Shown here piece after piece: positions 45,679-56,784 of a stretch of DNA of 64,000 nt. Every line of letters starts with the position of its first letter. The stretch's first letter is position 1. The position numbers and the translations under genes are program-made. Under the pieces are notes generated by a model. It worked only from the letters and a program-made list of their open reading frames with translations. It ran no database searches and was not told the DNA's origin. Source of the stretch: Alphaproteobacteria bacterium (GTDB lineage: Bacteria; Pseudomonadota; Alphaproteobacteria; SP197); contig OZ219747.1 of assembly GCA_964291265.2 (NCBI GenBank), forward strand, positions 3,808,001 through 3,872,000, in the 5' to 3' direction.

Positions 45679-47669
45679 GTGATGAACCATCTCCGGGAGT
45701 ACGGCTCTGCGGCACCGACGAGACGCCGCCCGAAGAACGACGGCTGAAGGCGGGACCACTCGAGGCCGTCCTGGACCAGGGAGCCCTGCGCAACATCACC
45801 ATCGCCGGGCGCGAGGCAATCCGGGGAATCGCCTACGTGTTGCGCGACCGGAACTGGGCGACCCCGATCCCTGCGATCCATGATCTCGATGTGACCGAGG
45901 ACGACACGGGATTCCTTGTGACATACCGCGGCAGCCATGAAACCGGCGACGAACGCTTCTCGTTCACCGCCCGCATTCTGGCCGCGCCCGACGGCGCCCT
46001 CGAGTTTTCTGTCGAGGCCTGTCCGGCGACCGACTGGGTGACCAACCGCACGGGCTTCGTCGTCCTTCATCCCGTGGACGGAGTCGCCGGTGAGCCGGTC
46101 ACCGTCACCCACACCGACGGGCTCACCAGCGAGGAGCGGTTCCCCGATCTCATCTCCCCTACCCAGCCCTTCTTCGACATCCGGTCGATGACGCACCGGG
46201 TCTCCGGGTCCCTCACCGTCACCTGCACCATGGAAGGAGATGCCTTCGAAGCCGAGGACCAGAGAAACTGGACCGACGCTTCCTACAAGACCTATATCCG
46301 ACCACTCTCGAAACCCCGTCCCTACGTCATGAAGGCCGGCGTGAAGAATCGCCAGCGCGTGAGCCTCAGAACGGACGGTGTGCCGGATGGCGGGACCGGC
46401 ACGGGCGATCACGTGGTGGTCACGCTTGTCCAGGCGAGCACCCGGCGCATGCCGTTGATGGCCCTTGCCTGTGATCCCGAAAACGTGGACGACGCCTTCG
46501 GCGCCCTGGAGACGATGCGCCTGGCCGGTGCCCGCAGGCTGTGGTGCCACCACGACCCGTCGCGCGGTCATGACGCCGACGACATGGCCCGGCTCGTCCG
46601 CCTGGCATCAGCGATCGGCGCGGACCCCGTCCTCGAGGCGGTGTTGCCCCTGCAGTCCCCCGACGGCCGGTTCAGCAACGATCCCGCCTTGCTCGAGGCA
46701 GAGGTCCAAGCCCTGCGCACCGCCGCGGCGAGCCATGCCTTCACCCATATCGCGGCTTCGCCGCTTGCCTATCACAAGAGCTACCAGCCCTCGGAGACCT
46801 GGCCCGACGTACCGTCTTGCGACATGATTTGCAGGTGTCTGCGCGAGGCCTTTCCCGACGCCGCCATCGGCGGAGGCATGCACAGCTACTTCACGGAACT
46901 CAATCGCAAGCCTCCGCCCGACGAGGCCATCGATTTCATCACCCATACCACGTGTCCGATGGTCCATGCCGGGGACGACCGGAGTGTCATGGAGAGTCTC
47001 GAGGCCCTGCCCTCGGTGATGCGTTCAGCCATGGCCCTGGCGCCGGGCAAGCCCTATCTGATCGGCCCATCGGCCATCGGCATGCGCTTCAACCCCTATG
47101 GAGCGGCTCCAGTCGACAATCCCGACAACCGGCGACTCGCCATGGCCAGGGTCGATCCGAGACAGCGCGGGCTGTTCAATGCCGCCTGGCTCGTCGGCTA
47201 CATCGCTGCGGCCTCGGCGCACGGACTCGACGGCCTGTGCCTGGCGGCTCCGACCGGCGCCTTCGGTCTCGTCCACCGGCGTCAGGCCTGGCACCAGCCC
47301 TGGTACGATGACAACGATTCCCGAACCCTCGTCTACCCCGCTTTCCATGTCTTTCGTGACGTGGCGCGTCACGGCGGATGCGCCGTCGTGGACGTGGCTG
47401 CGTCCGATCCTGCCAGGGTAAGGGCCATCGCCTTCGAGGATGACAGGGGTCCGGTCCTGTGGCTTGCCAATCTCACGCCCGCCCCCCAGGGCGTCACCGT
47501 GAAGGGCTTGCCGCATGACCAGGCGGCCGCGTCGCATGGCAACATGGAGACCTTCACCTCCCTTGCCCGGGATCCTCTTGCCATGTCATCGGCCAACGCC
47601 AGCCCGGTCGATCCCTCCTCGATCATGCTCGGAGCCTATGGCGTATGCCGCCTGTCGGTCTTCGCCTGA
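45675..47669 (+). CDS. D-apionate lactonase (ApnL)-like protein
   Basis: [63 protein letters not shown]; family recognised from memory. Confidence 0.7.
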   Translation: MSDEPSPGVRLCGTDETPPEERRLKAGPLEAVLDQGALRNITIAGREAIRGIAYVLRDRNWATPIPAIHDLDVTEDDTGFLVTYRGSHETGDERFSFTARILAAPDGALEFSVEACPATDWVTNRTGFVVLHPVDGVAGEPVTVTHTDGLTSEERFPDLISPTQPFFDIRSMTHRVSGSLTVTCTMEGDAFEAEDQRNWTDASYKTYIRPLSKPRPYVMKAGVKNRQRVSLRTDGVPDGGTGTGDHVVVTLVQASTRRMPLMALACDPENVDDAFGALETMRLAGARRLWCHHDPSRGHDADDMARLVRLASAIGADPVLEAVLPLQSPDGRFSNDPALLEAEVQALRTAAASHAFTHIAASPLAYHKSYQPSETWPDVPSCDMICRCLREAFPDAAIGGGMHSYFTELNRKPPPDEAIDFITHTTCPMVHAGDDRSVMESLEALPSVMRSAMALAPGKPYLIGPSAIGMRFNPYGAAPVDNPDNRRLAMARVDPRQRGLFNAAWLVGYIAAASAHGLDGLCLAAPTGAFGLVHRRQAWHQPWYDDNDSRTLVYPAFHVFRDVARHGGCAVVDVAASDPARVRAIAFEDDRGPVLWLANLTPAPQGVTVKGLPHDQAAASHGNMETFTSLARDPLAMSSANASPVDPSSIMLGAYGVCRLSVFA

Positions 47670-47740
47670 CAGGGGCGCCGTCCAAGGGATCGGACAACAC
47701 GGCGCCCGTCGTTCACGACCCGGTCGTCGCCGCCCCTGTC
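47668..47740. terminator. Stem-loop between convergent genes
   Basis: gacaggggcg ... cgcccctgtc inverted repeat between the ApnL-like stop and the zwf stop. Confidence 0.4.
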
Positions 47741-47762
47741 GTGGCGGTCCAACGCGTTGCCG

Positions 47763-49229
47763 TCACCGCCCTTCGGAGGCCCGTGCCGCGATCGGACGCC
47801 AGCGGCGGCCGTCCCGATGCACCAGCATCAGTGCTTCCTCGGGACCTGCCGACAGGCTTTCGTAGGCATGCGGCGGGCAGGGGCCGCTCCCGGCGACGGT
47901 GACGGCACGGTCGATCCAGCGCCACGCGGCCTCCACCTCGTCACGGCGCATGAACAGTGTCTGATCGCCACGAATGACGTCGAGCACCAGGCGTTCGTAG
48001 GCATCGGGCATGGTCAGGCCCTGGCGTTCAAGGGTGTCCGCGAAGGTCATGTCGAGCGGCGTGCCGATCAGGCGCATGCCTCCCGGTCCCGGTTCCTTGA
48101 TGGTGAGGCCCAGGGTGATCCCCTCGTCGGGCTGCAGCCTGATCGCCAGGACATTGGGAGCCATGGCACCGGCGGCCGGTGGAAAGATCGAGTGAGGAGC
48201 GTCCTTGAACACGACGGCGATCTCGGACATCCGTGCCCGCAGTCTCTTGCCGGTGCGCAGGTAGAACGGCGTCCCGTTCCAGCGCCAGTTGGCGATCTCC
48301 GCGCGCAGGGCCACGAAGCTCTCGCTCCGGGATTCCGGGTTGCCGACGTCCTCCAGATAGCTCCCCGTTCCTTCGCCCCCGAGATAGCGTCCGCACACCA
48401 TGTCGACGGGGTTCTCCAGCGGAGCGAGGCTGAGCAGCACCTTGAGTTTCTCGTCACGTACCGCATCCGCGCTGAATGTTGCCGGAGGTTCCATGGCGAT
48501 CAGACAGAGCAGCTGCAGCAGGTGATTCTGGACCATGTCGCGCAGGGCGCCGGTCTTGTCATAGTAGGCGCCACGCCCTTCGACACCGATCCGTTCGGCG
48601 ACAGTGATCTGGACGTGATCGACATGGCGCGCATTCCAGATCGGTTCGAACAGTGCATTGGCAAAACGCAAGGCCATCAGGTTCTGGACCGTCTCCTTGC
48701 CGAGATAGTGATCAATCCGGTAGACCTGCCGCTCGCCGAAGAGTGAGGCAAGGGTGCGGTTCAGCATTTCGGCGCTGGCAAGATCGCTCCCCTGGGGCTT
48801 TTCGACCACCAGCCGGGTTTCCGGAGTCCGGCAACCGGCGGCCACCAGGCGTTCACTCACCGGCACGAAGAGGTGCGGCGCCACGGCCAGGTAGAAGGCT
48901 CTCACGCGCCCGTCGTCATCGAGCCTCGAAGCAAGCGTCGCCCAGCCCTCCTCATCCGTCACGTCCATCTTCACGTAATCGAGCATCGCCAGAAAGTCGC
49001 CGACGCCATCTCCGCCTGCGTGTTCCTGCACGGCGCCGGAAGCCAGAGCGCGGTAGCCGTCAACGCCGACATCGCGGCGCCCGGTGGCGATGATTCTCGT
49101 GCCCGGCAGAATCTGCCCGGCGCACATGCGATGGTAGAGAGCGGGCAGCAGCTTGCGCCGCGCGAGATCGCCCGTGCCGCCAAACACCACGAGATCGAAG
49201 GGTTCGACCGGAATCACCCGACCCGCCAT
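47763..49229 (-). CDS. zwf: Glucose-6-phosphate 1-dehydrogenase
   Basis: FGGTGDLA, RIDHYLGKE, RDMVQNH, FYLRTGKR. Confidence 0.97.
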   Translation of the reverse strand: MAGRVIPVEPFDLVVFGGTGDLARRKLLPALYHRMCAGQILPGTRIIATGRRDVGVDGYRALASGAVQEHAGGDGVGDFLAMLDYVKMDVTDEEGWATLASRLDDDGRVRAFYLAVAPHLFVPVSERLVAAGCRTPETRLVVEKPQGSDLASAEMLNRTLASLFGERQVYRIDHYLGKETVQNLMALRFANALFEPIWNARHVDHVQITVAERIGVEGRGAYYDKTGALRDMVQNHLLQLLCLIAMEPPATFSADAVRDEKLKVLLSLAPLENPVDMVCGRYLGGEGTGSYLEDVGNPESRSESFVALRAEIANWRWNGTPFYLRTGKRLRARMSEIAVVFKDAPHSIFPPAAGAMAPNVLAIRLQPDEGITLGLTIKEPGPGGMRLIGTPLDMTFADTLERQGLTMPDAYERLVLDVIRGDQTLFMRRDEVEAAWRWIDRAVTVAGSGPCPPHAYESLSAGPEEALMLVHRDGRRWRPIAARASEGR

Positions 49230-49739
49230 GGTCACCCTCCCTGCGGCCAGGACCGTGCGAGTTCGTGACGCCGCGGTGAATCGCCACCGGAGCGCGAGAC
49301 GGTGATGACCGCCGCCCTGACGCCGGGGCCGAGAGCCTCCTTCATCGAAACGGCATCGAAGGTTTCAACGATGTCGAGATGATCGACAGAAGCGACCAGA
49401 ACGGCGACGAAGCGCCGACTTGCTCTCGCTGCGCCGCGTTCCCGTCTCGCCGCCGAGAAGCCGGGTCCGATGGACCTTTCGCTGCATGACGGTCCGTCAC
49501 CGGGTACGAGCCTGCTCAGGTTCTCATGCGGCGCATTGCCGGTACAGCCCGGAGCGATGAGTTCCTGCATGCGAACGCGCCGACGGTTGCCAAGCTCGAT
49601 CATGACTGAACAACGATCGGGATCAAGCATGGCGAGCGAGCCTTTCAGTCTCCCGTCCGCTGGGCATGGGTCGATCAGGCGTCACCCGGTGACGGAGCAC
49701 CCATCACGTCGGGGTGTGGTCAACAGGTGCTCTCCGGCA

Positions 49740-49978
49740 TCCACGACGACGGCATCGGCCATGTCGTTGAGCGTTCACCATGGCCTTGAGGGGCAGGATC
49801 GCGTTCAGCTTCATCCTGAAGGCGTCGTCGCGCTCCTCTCCGATGCGACGGGCGGGCATCGGCAATTGACGCAGCCCGGGCACAGGGCACTGAGCCGGAT
49901 CTGCGGCGCCAGGCCAAGGACAGCGGCTCATCCGATCCCCGTTGCCGCGACAGTGACAATCGCAATGTTCCTTGTCAT
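49740..49978 (-). pseudogene. Degraded SDR oxidoreductase remnant
   Basis: MTRNIAIVTVAATGIG*AAVLGLA: Rossmann-type N-terminus with an in-frame stop. Confidence 0.45.
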
Positions 49979-50038
49979 GCCTCATTGCCCCGGTCCCGTG
50001 CCAACATGAAGCGTCCCGGCGTGGCATTCCACCGCCAC

Positions 50039-50653
50039 TCAATAGACAACCGGGAGAGGATCGAGATCGCGCCAGAGATACCAGGTTGCCACGGTACGCC
50101 ATGGACGCCAGGCCGCTGCACGGGAATGTACCGCATCAGGCGAGCGCTCGCAGCCGTAGATGGCCGCCACGGAGCGCTGCAGTCCGATATCCGCGACCGG
50201 CAGGACATCGAGGTCGCCCGCCGCGAATATGAGGACCATGTCGACGGTCCAGGGGCCCACGCCCTTCAAGGCAAGCAGTCGCCGGCGGATGTCCTCCGAC
50301 TGCGATGGAATGTCCTGCCACGCGACCACGACGTTGGCGGCGGCGGCAATGCTGCGCACCTTGTTGCGGGTGAGGCCGTGCCCCTGCATGGTGGCGGCGT
50401 CCATCCGGGCGACGTCCCGCGGGGTGATTGCCGCGAGATCCCGCGTGAATCGATTCCAGATTCTCTCGGAAGCCAGGACGGAGATCTGCTGACCGACAAT
50501 GGCCCGTATCAGGGAGCGGAAGAGGTCGCCGTGCGGTTCGAGACGTTCACCGGGATAGCGTTCGATGACAGCGGCAAGGCGGGGATCGCGACGGCACAGC
50601 TTTCCGGCAGCCCGCCACCAGGTGTCGGCAAACCTGCCGGGTTCGTTCAGCAC
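50039..50653 (-). CDS. DNA-3-methyladenine glycosylase (AlkA family, HhH-GPD)
   Basis: LIRAIVGQQIS, LKGVGPWT, LPVADIGL, WRPWRTVATWYLW; start approximate. Confidence 0.9.
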   Translation of the reverse strand: MLNEPGRFADTWWRAAGKLCRRDPRLAAVIERYPGERLEPHGDLFRSLIRAIVGQQISVLASERIWNRFTRDLAAITPRDVARMDAATMQGHGLTRNKVRSIAAAANVVVAWQDIPSQSEDIRRRLLALKGVGPWTVDMVLIFAAGDLDVLPVADIGLQRSVAAIYGCERSPDAVHSRAAAWRPWRTVATWYLWRDLDPLPVVY

Positions 50654-50676
50654 GGTGCGGCGCCTATACTCGGACC

Positions 50677-51966
50677 ATGATGATCGCTCGTCTTGTTCTC
50701 GCGACGGCCCTGGTCCTGACGGCGCCCGCCCGGCCGGACGACACCGGATTTCTTGCCGGCTGGCAGGCAGTCGCCGAACGGCGCTACGAGGATGCGCGGA
50801 CCGCCTGGACGAAGAGTGCCGACGGGGGCAATGTGGACATTCAGTACTACCTGGCCCGGCTCCATGAATCAGGTCTCCTCGGCGCCGTCGACATCGACAG
50901 CGCCATCGGCTGGCACCGCGAAGCGGCAGGGCGGAATCTGCCCGCGGCGCTGGTGGCTCTCGCACATCATAGGCTGCAGGCGGACCCGCCGGAAACAGCT
51001 GCGGCCATCGACCTTCTCACCCGTGCCGCCAACCTGGACTTCCCGCACGCTCAGCAGAGCCTCGCAAGCCTCTACGAGCGGGGCGTCCAGGGCGTCCCGC
51101 AACCCAACCTCGCCATCCAGTGGTACCGTCTCGCCGCCCGCCTGGGCCTACCGGAGGCACAGTACGGCCTGGCGCGCCTTTCGGCCGCCAACACGGACGA
51201 CAGCGCCAGCCTCGAACAGGCGCTGGCCTGGTACCACCGGGCGTCCGCGGCCGGACTCGCCGAAGCCGACAACAACCTGGCCCACATATATGAACAGGGA
51301 CTTGGCGTTGCCCGTGATCCGGAGAGGGCTGTCGCCCTCTATCGCCGGGCGGCTGACAAGGGGCTGGCCGTCGCCCAGAACAACCTCGGCATCATGCTGC
51401 AGTACGGCCATGGCACTCCGGTCGACCTGGCGGCCGCGGCCGCGGCCTACGGCGCCGCGGCACGGGCCGGATACGCCTTCGGCCAGATCAGCTTCGCCAC
51501 CTGCCTTGCCAACGGCACCGGCATCGACAGGAACCCCGTCGAGGCCTACGCCTGGCTGGTCGCAGCGGCCCGGGGCCATGACCGGAGCGCCCGCAGGGTG
51601 GCGCGGGAATTCATGGAGAGCCTGGCGAGCGTCCTGGATTCCGCGGACCGTCGCCGCGCCATGCTGCGCGCCGGCAGCCTGGCAAGAGCGCCGGAGAAGG
51701 AAGCGCACATTCACCTACCTCTTCCCGGGAGCTTGGGCGCCCCCGTGGTCGCGGCCCAGAGGTATCTCGCGTTGCTTGGCTATCTCGACGGAGCGGTCGA
51801 CAACATGGCCGGGCCCATGACGAGGGAATCCATCAGGGCCTTTCAGAAAGCAAGGGGACTCGAGCCCGACGGGATGATCAGCAACGAACTCGTGACCCTG
51901 CTCGAGAATGCGGCCATGATCCTGCTTCGGCCGAACACCGGGAGGAATCACCGTGCCAGGCATTGA
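50677..51966 (+). CDS. Sel1-repeat protein with C-terminal peptidoglycan-binding domain
   Basis: Signal peptide, repeated AQxxLxxxYxxG Sel1 units, LGYLDGAVD..T..AFQKARGLEPDG. Confidence 0.88.
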   Translation: MMIARLVLATALVLTAPARPDDTGFLAGWQAVAERRYEDARTAWTKSADGGNVDIQYYLARLHESGLLGAVDIDSAIGWHREAAGRNLPAALVALAHHRLQADPPETAAAIDLLTRAANLDFPHAQQSLASLYERGVQGVPQPNLAIQWYRLAARLGLPEAQYGLARLSAANTDDSASLEQALAWYHRASAAGLAEADNNLAHIYEQGLGVARDPERAVALYRRAADKGLAVAQNNLGIMLQYGHGTPVDLAAAAAAYGAAARAGYAFGQISFATCLANGTGIDRNPVEAYAWLVAAARGHDRSARRVAREFMESLASVLDSADRRRAMLRAGSLARAPEKEAHIHLPLPGSLGAPVVAAQRYLALLGYLDGAVDNMAGPMTRESIRAFQKARGLEPDGMISNELVTLLENAAMILLRPNTGRNHRARH

Positions 51967-52954
51967 ACTCAGCTACCTGTCCGGCTCCGATGTCCGCGCC
52001 CTGGAGATGACGCCGGACGAGATCCTCGACGCCATCGAGGACAGCCTGTCGGCGCAGGGGCGCGGCGAAACCGTCATCGAGCCGCGCATGCATCTCGTGG
52101 CGGACGAGGCATTCCGTGGCCACTTCAACGTCCTGCGCGGCTACATCGCGCCCATCGGCATAGCCGGCGTCAAGGTGGTGGGCGACTATATCGACAACTA
52201 CCGCAAGGGACTGCCCTCGGAAATGGCCCTCGTCAACCTGTTCGACGCCAGGACCGGCATGCCGCGGGCGCTCGTCGACGGCACCGCGATCACGGACATG
52301 CGCACCGGCGCCCTGACGGCGCTTGGCGCCAAGTACCTTGCCCGCTCAAGTCCGCGCAGGCTCGGCCACATCGGCGCCAGAGGGAGTTCCTACTGGAACG
52401 TCCGCCTGCTCGATCACCTGTTCGACTTCGCGGAGATCCGCGTGCACTCGCGGCGGGCGGAGAGTCGCGAGGCCTTCGGCGAACGGCTGACGCGGGATCT
52501 CGGCAAACCCATCATCGTCACCGACGACTGGCAGAGCTGCCTCGAGGGCACCGACATCCTGGTGGAAGCTTCCCGGCTTGACGGGCCCCAGCCTCTCCTG
52601 AAGACCGCGTGGGTAGAGCCGGGAGCGCTTGTCATACCCTACGGCACCATCAGCGCCGTCGAGGACGACCTTGCCGACGTCATGGACAAGATCGTCGTCG
52701 ACCACTGGCAGCAGTGCCTGGTTGGCCCCTTTGGCTGTCTGAGGCGCCATGTCGATTCAGGCCGCATCACGGCCGAAACCATTCACGGCGAGATCGGCGC
52801 CATCTGCGCCGGTCTCACCGGCGGTCGGGACAGCGACGACGAGAGAATACTCTTCTGGCACCGCGGTCTCTCGACATCCGACATTGCACTCGCCTGGGCC
52901 ATGCTCGCCAAGGCCGACAAACTGGGAGTGGGGACCCTCCTGCCCTACGCCTGA
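51953..52954 (+). CDS. Ornithine cyclodeaminase/mu-crystallin family protein
   Basis: GVKVV, ITDMRTGA, HIGARG, GLSTSDIA. Confidence 0.9.
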   Translation: MPGIELSYLSGSDVRALEMTPDEILDAIEDSLSAQGRGETVIEPRMHLVADEAFRGHFNVLRGYIAPIGIAGVKVVGDYIDNYRKGLPSEMALVNLFDARTGMPRALVDGTAITDMRTGALTALGAKYLARSSPRRLGHIGARGSSYWNVRLLDHLFDFAEIRVHSRRAESREAFGERLTRDLGKPIIVTDDWQSCLEGTDILVEASRLDGPQPLLKTAWVEPGALVIPYGTISAVEDDLADVMDKIVVDHWQQCLVGPFGCLRRHVDSGRITAETIHGEIGAICAGLTGGRDSDDERILFWHRGLSTSDIALAWAMLAKADKLGVGTLLPYA

Positions 52955-53005
52955 CCGGCATGCCATCCACGAGTTTTCATCGCCTTTGGGGGGCCACGGA
53001 GCGTT

Positions 53006-53677
53006 TCAGCGCTTCCTTGCGATGGTGAGGCCATCTCCCGTGGGCACCATGGCCATGTCGACCCGATCGTCGGCGCCGACCTTCTCGTTGACGGCGCGAA
53101 TCGCACAGGTGTCCACCGACTGATCACTGTCATCGATCACGGCGCCGCCCCACAGGACATTGTCGATGAGGATCAATCCACCCCGGCGGACGAGAACGAG
53201 GGCACGCTCGTAGTAGGTGTCGTAGTTCTCCTTGTCGGCGTCGATGAAGGCGATGTCGAACGACCCCGCGCGACCTTCCGCAACCAGCCCTTCCAGGCTC
53301 TCCACCGCCGGAGCCAGACGCAGGTCGATGCGCTCGGCGACACCCGCCTCGGCCCAGTAGCGGCGGGCGATCGCTGTCCATTCCTCGCTGACATCGAGGG
53401 CGACGAGAGAGCCTCCGTCCCCCAGCGCCCGCGCGACGCACAGACTGCTGTAGCCGGTGAAGACGCCGACTTCCAGCGCGTTCCGGGCCCCGATCAGGCG
53501 TGTCAGGAGAGCCATGAACTGTCCCTGGTCCGGCGCGACCTGCATGTCGCTCCAGCCTGTCTGCAGGGTTTCCTCGCGAAGGCGGCGCAGGATGTCATCG
53601 TCACGCACGGTGGTGCGCACCATGTAGTCGTAGAGATCGTCGGCGAGGCCCGCCGTCTTGCGGGTCATTTCGGACAT
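53006..53677 (-). CDS. SAM-dependent O-methyltransferase (CCoAOMT-like)
   Basis: LEVGVFTGYS, FIDADKENY, DNVLWGG. Confidence 0.93.
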   Translation of the reverse strand: MSEMTRKTAGLADDLYDYMVRTTVRDDDILRRLREETLQTGWSDMQVAPDQGQFMALLTRLIGARNALEVGVFTGYSSLCVARALGDGGSLVALDVSEEWTAIARRYWAEAGVAERIDLRLAPAVESLEGLVAEGRAGSFDIAFIDADKENYDTYYERALVLVRRGGLILIDNVLWGGAVIDDSDQSVDTCAIRAVNEKVGADDRVDMAMVPTGDGLTIARKR

Positions 53678-54735
53678 TCCCCTTCATCGTTGTCATTCTC
53701 GAGGTGGGCGATGTTGCCATCATCGGACATCAGGATAGCGATCGGACGCGTCTGCCGGAACTGGGCGAAGATGATGAGAGCCATGACCGTGATCGGCACG
53801 CTGAGGAACATGCCGATGATACCCCACAGGCTGCCCCACAGGGCCAGTGAGAGAAGGATCACGAGCGGACTGAGCTTGAGGGTGCGCCCCATCATCCGGG
53901 GTTCGATGACATTGCCCGTGACGATCTGCGTGGCGCCCAGCAATGCCGTCACGATGAGGAAGGGCGCCAGGGGTTCCGCGAACTGCGCCAGGGTCAACAG
54001 GGCCGGAAACACAAACCCGAGGATCGAACCGATAGTCGGGATGAAGTTCAGAAAGAAGATCAGCACCGCCCAGAACTCCGCGAGATCAAGTCCGACGGCC
54101 TTCATGACGATCCACGAGACGACGCCCGTCACGACGGACAGCAGGCTCTTGACCCAGAGGTAGGTGCGAATATCGGAATTGATCCTGGAGATGACATGGC
54201 TTGTGCGGACAATTCTGCCGGCATGGCCGCCGAGCAGGGCGTTGAGCTTGGAGGCAGCGTGCCCCTGCTCCACCAGAAGGAAGGAGAGATAGACCAGGAC
54301 GATGCCGACATTGCCGACGAAGCTTGCCATTCCGGAAGCGAGCGAGGTGACGAGACCGGCAAGGTCGACCCGGCTGCGGATCTCGCCGATCGTCGGCAGT
54401 TCGGCAACGCCGAAGAAGGCGGCGGCGTTGCCGAAGTGCTGCACGAGGTTGGCCTGATAGAGTGGCGCGGCGTCCACCACGGCGTTGGCGTTGGCAAGGG
54501 TCAGGTCGACCAGCACGGCGACGAGGGCCATCACCGTGGCAACGGCAAGAACGAGGGTGAGCCAACCGGGGCGGGCACCCGCACGGGCGTAGGCCTGGCG
54601 CAGCGTGGCGATGAGGTACCACAGGACGACAGCGACGACGAAGGGGAGGATGAGCGCGCGGCCCTCCACCACGAGCCACAGCGAGAACCCCGTGACTGCA
54701 GCCCACAGTACAATGGCCGGGAGACCCTTCGTCAC
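53665..54735 (-). CDS. AI-2E family transporter
   Basis: FFLNFIPTIGS, GNVIEPRMMG, WGIIGMFLSVP. Confidence 0.92.
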   Translation of the reverse strand: MTKGLPAIVLWAAVTGFSLWLVVEGRALILPFVVAVVLWYLIATLRQAYARAGARPGWLTLVLAVATVMALVAVLVDLTLANANAVVDAAPLYQANLVQHFGNAAAFFGVAELPTIGEIRSRVDLAGLVTSLASGMASFVGNVGIVLVYLSFLLVEQGHAASKLNALLGGHAGRIVRTSHVISRINSDIRTYLWVKSLLSVVTGVVSWIVMKAVGLDLAEFWAVLIFFLNFIPTIGSILGFVFPALLTLAQFAEPLAPFLIVTALLGATQIVTGNVIEPRMMGRTLKLSPLVILLSLALWGSLWGIIGMFLSVPITVMALIIFAQFRQTRPIAILMSDDGNIAHLENDNDEGECPK

Positions 54736-54916
54736 GCCGCCTCACCTCCCTGAGCCGCACACGGTCACTCAACGGCACCATTCACCATCAACTGCACCGC
54801 TTGCAAGGGTTTTGGGTTGACATGATGCGGCATCCCCAAGATTCTGAGTCCATGGCAAGGACTCTGGAATCGTGCCGGAGTGCCAGTGAATCAATCAGAG
54901 GGAAGGATCAACCATC

Positions 54917-56563
54917 ATGGTACACCCCTACTACAGCAATCTGCAGGAGCAGCTTGCAGAAGGACGGCTCGAGCGCCGCGAATTCGTGCGCTATTCGGCC
55001 CTGCTGGGTGTGTCCGCCTCGACAGCCTACGCTGCGGCGGGTCTCATCAGCGGCGAGGATTTCGCACCCCGCGCCGTGGCTCAGGACAAACCCACCGGCG
55101 GCACCATGCGCATCGGCATGCGTGTCTACACCATCAACAATCCGCATACGTTCTCTTGGGTCATCGACTCCAACATCGTCCGCCAGGTCTGCGGCTATCT
55201 CACCCGCACCGGCACCGACAATGTCACCCGCCCCGACCTTCTCGAAGGCTGGGAAGTATCCGATGACCTCCTGACCTGGGATCTGAAAATTCGCCCGGGC
55301 ATCATGTGGCACAGCGGCCGCGCCTTCACCTCCGAGGACGTCGCGTGGAACCTGCGCCGGGTTCTCGACCCCGAGTCCGGTTCATCGGTTCTGGGCCTCA
55401 TGAAGGGCTACATGATGAACGACGAGGGCAGCATGCTGTGGCGGGACGACGCCGTCGAGGCCGTCGACGATCACACCGTCCGCCTCAACACGCGTGCCAA
55501 GAACATCGCCATCCCGGAACACCTGTTCCACTATCCCCTTCTGATCCTGGATCCCTCTGAAGACGGCGTGTTCGGCGTCGGCTCCAACGGGACGGGCCCC
55601 TTCAGGCTCGTCGAGCACGTGGTGAGCGAAATCTCGATTCTCGAGAACGCCGGCAGCGCGACGTGGCATCGGGAGGGACCCTACCTCGACCGTCTCGAGT
55701 TCATCGACCTCGGCGACGACCCTTCCGCCGCCATCGGCGCCATCGCGTCGGGTCAGGTGGACGCCGTTGACGCCGGGGATGTCGTTCAGCTCGACGCGTT
55801 CAAGGCCATGGCTGACATCCAGGTCAACGCCCAGACCACGGCACAGACGGCGGTGGTTCGCGGTCAGGTTGACGCGAAGCCGTTCGACGATCCCAGGGTA
55901 CGCGTCGCACTGCGCCTTGCTGTCGACACGCCCTCGATCCTCGAGGCGGCGCACCGCGGCGTCGGTTCCCCCGCCGAGCATCACCACGTCTCGTCCATTC
56001 ATCCCGAGTATGCCGAACTGTCGTGGATGGGACGGGATGTGGCAGCGGCGAAGGACCTTCTCGCAGAAGCCGGATATGCCGATGGCCTCGATCTCGAGAT
56101 CGCCTGCAAGAAGGATCCGGCATGGGAGCTTCTTGCGGTCCAGACCATGGTCGAGCAGTGGAAGGAGGCGAACATCAACGTCGCCATCAACCTCATGCCG
56201 TCCGACCAGTTCTGGGATGTCTGGGACAAGGTTCCTTTCGGCTTCACCTCGTGGACACACCGTCCACTCGGCTTCATGGTGCTCGGACTTGCTTACAGGA
56301 CGGGGGTGCCATGGAACGAGAGCCACTACGCCAATCCGGAGTTCGACGCGCATCTCACCGAGGCCGAAGGCATCCTCGATGTCGACGAACGGCGCAAGGT
56401 CATGGCCAAGCTGCAGACCATCATGCAGGAGGACGGACCGATCATCCAGCCGGTATGGCGTGGCGTCTACAACGTCCAGAACTCGAGGGTGAGGGGCTAC
56501 GGGATGCATCCCACCACCTACATCTTTGCCGAGGAACTGGCGATCGAAGCCGCGGAGTCCTGA
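54917..56563 (+). CDS. Peptide/nickel ABC transporter substrate-binding protein (family 5, Tat-exported)
   Basis: RREF Tat motif, NGTGPF, KPFDDPRVR. Confidence 0.9.
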   Translation: MVHPYYSNLQEQLAEGRLERREFVRYSALLGVSASTAYAAAGLISGEDFAPRAVAQDKPTGGTMRIGMRVYTINNPHTFSWVIDSNIVRQVCGYLTRTGTDNVTRPDLLEGWEVSDDLLTWDLKIRPGIMWHSGRAFTSEDVAWNLRRVLDPESGSSVLGLMKGYMMNDEGSMLWRDDAVEAVDDHTVRLNTRAKNIAIPEHLFHYPLLILDPSEDGVFGVGSNGTGPFRLVEHVVSEISILENAGSATWHREGPYLDRLEFIDLGDDPSAAIGAIASGQVDAVDAGDVVQLDAFKAMADIQVNAQTTAQTAVVRGQVDAKPFDDPRVRVALRLAVDTPSILEAAHRGVGSPAEHHHVSSIHPEYAELSWMGRDVAAAKDLLAEAGYADGLDLEIACKKDPAWELLAVQTMVEQWKEANINVAINLMPSDQFWDVWDKVPFGFTSWTHRPLGFMVLGLAYRTGVPWNESHYANPEFDAHLTEAEGILDVDERRKVMAKLQTIMQEDGPIIQPVWRGVYNVQNSRVRGYGMHPTTYIFAEELAIEAAES

Positions 56564-56580
56564 GGCACCGCCGACATGTC

Positions 56581-56626
56581 GGACGCAAGGGGCGCTCAGG
56601 CCCCTTGCGTCCACTTGTCTTTCGTT
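56581..56626 (+). terminator. Intrinsic terminator
   Basis: 13-bp stem ggacgcaaggggc / gccccttgcgtcc followed by a T-rich tail. Confidence 0.7.
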
Positions 56627-56628
56627 CC

Positions 56629-56653
56629 AATCACCGCGTGACCGAACGCTTAC
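56629..56653 (-). repeat. Orphan GTAAGCG-type IS terminal repeat (copy 1 of 4)
   Basis: AATCACCGCGTGACCGAACGCTTAC; related copies at 60372-60396 (inverted), 61356-61380 and 62376-62400. Confidence 0.7.
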
Positions 56654-56784
56654 GGCGACCCTGTGCCGGGTCGCCCGCACCATAGAAGACTACGCTCGCA
56701 GGAAAGTGCGGGAATCCCTTCGCTTGGTGATTGTTTGGCGACCGGCCCGGCAACCCTGCTGTGCCGAGCACACAGGGAGTTCCT

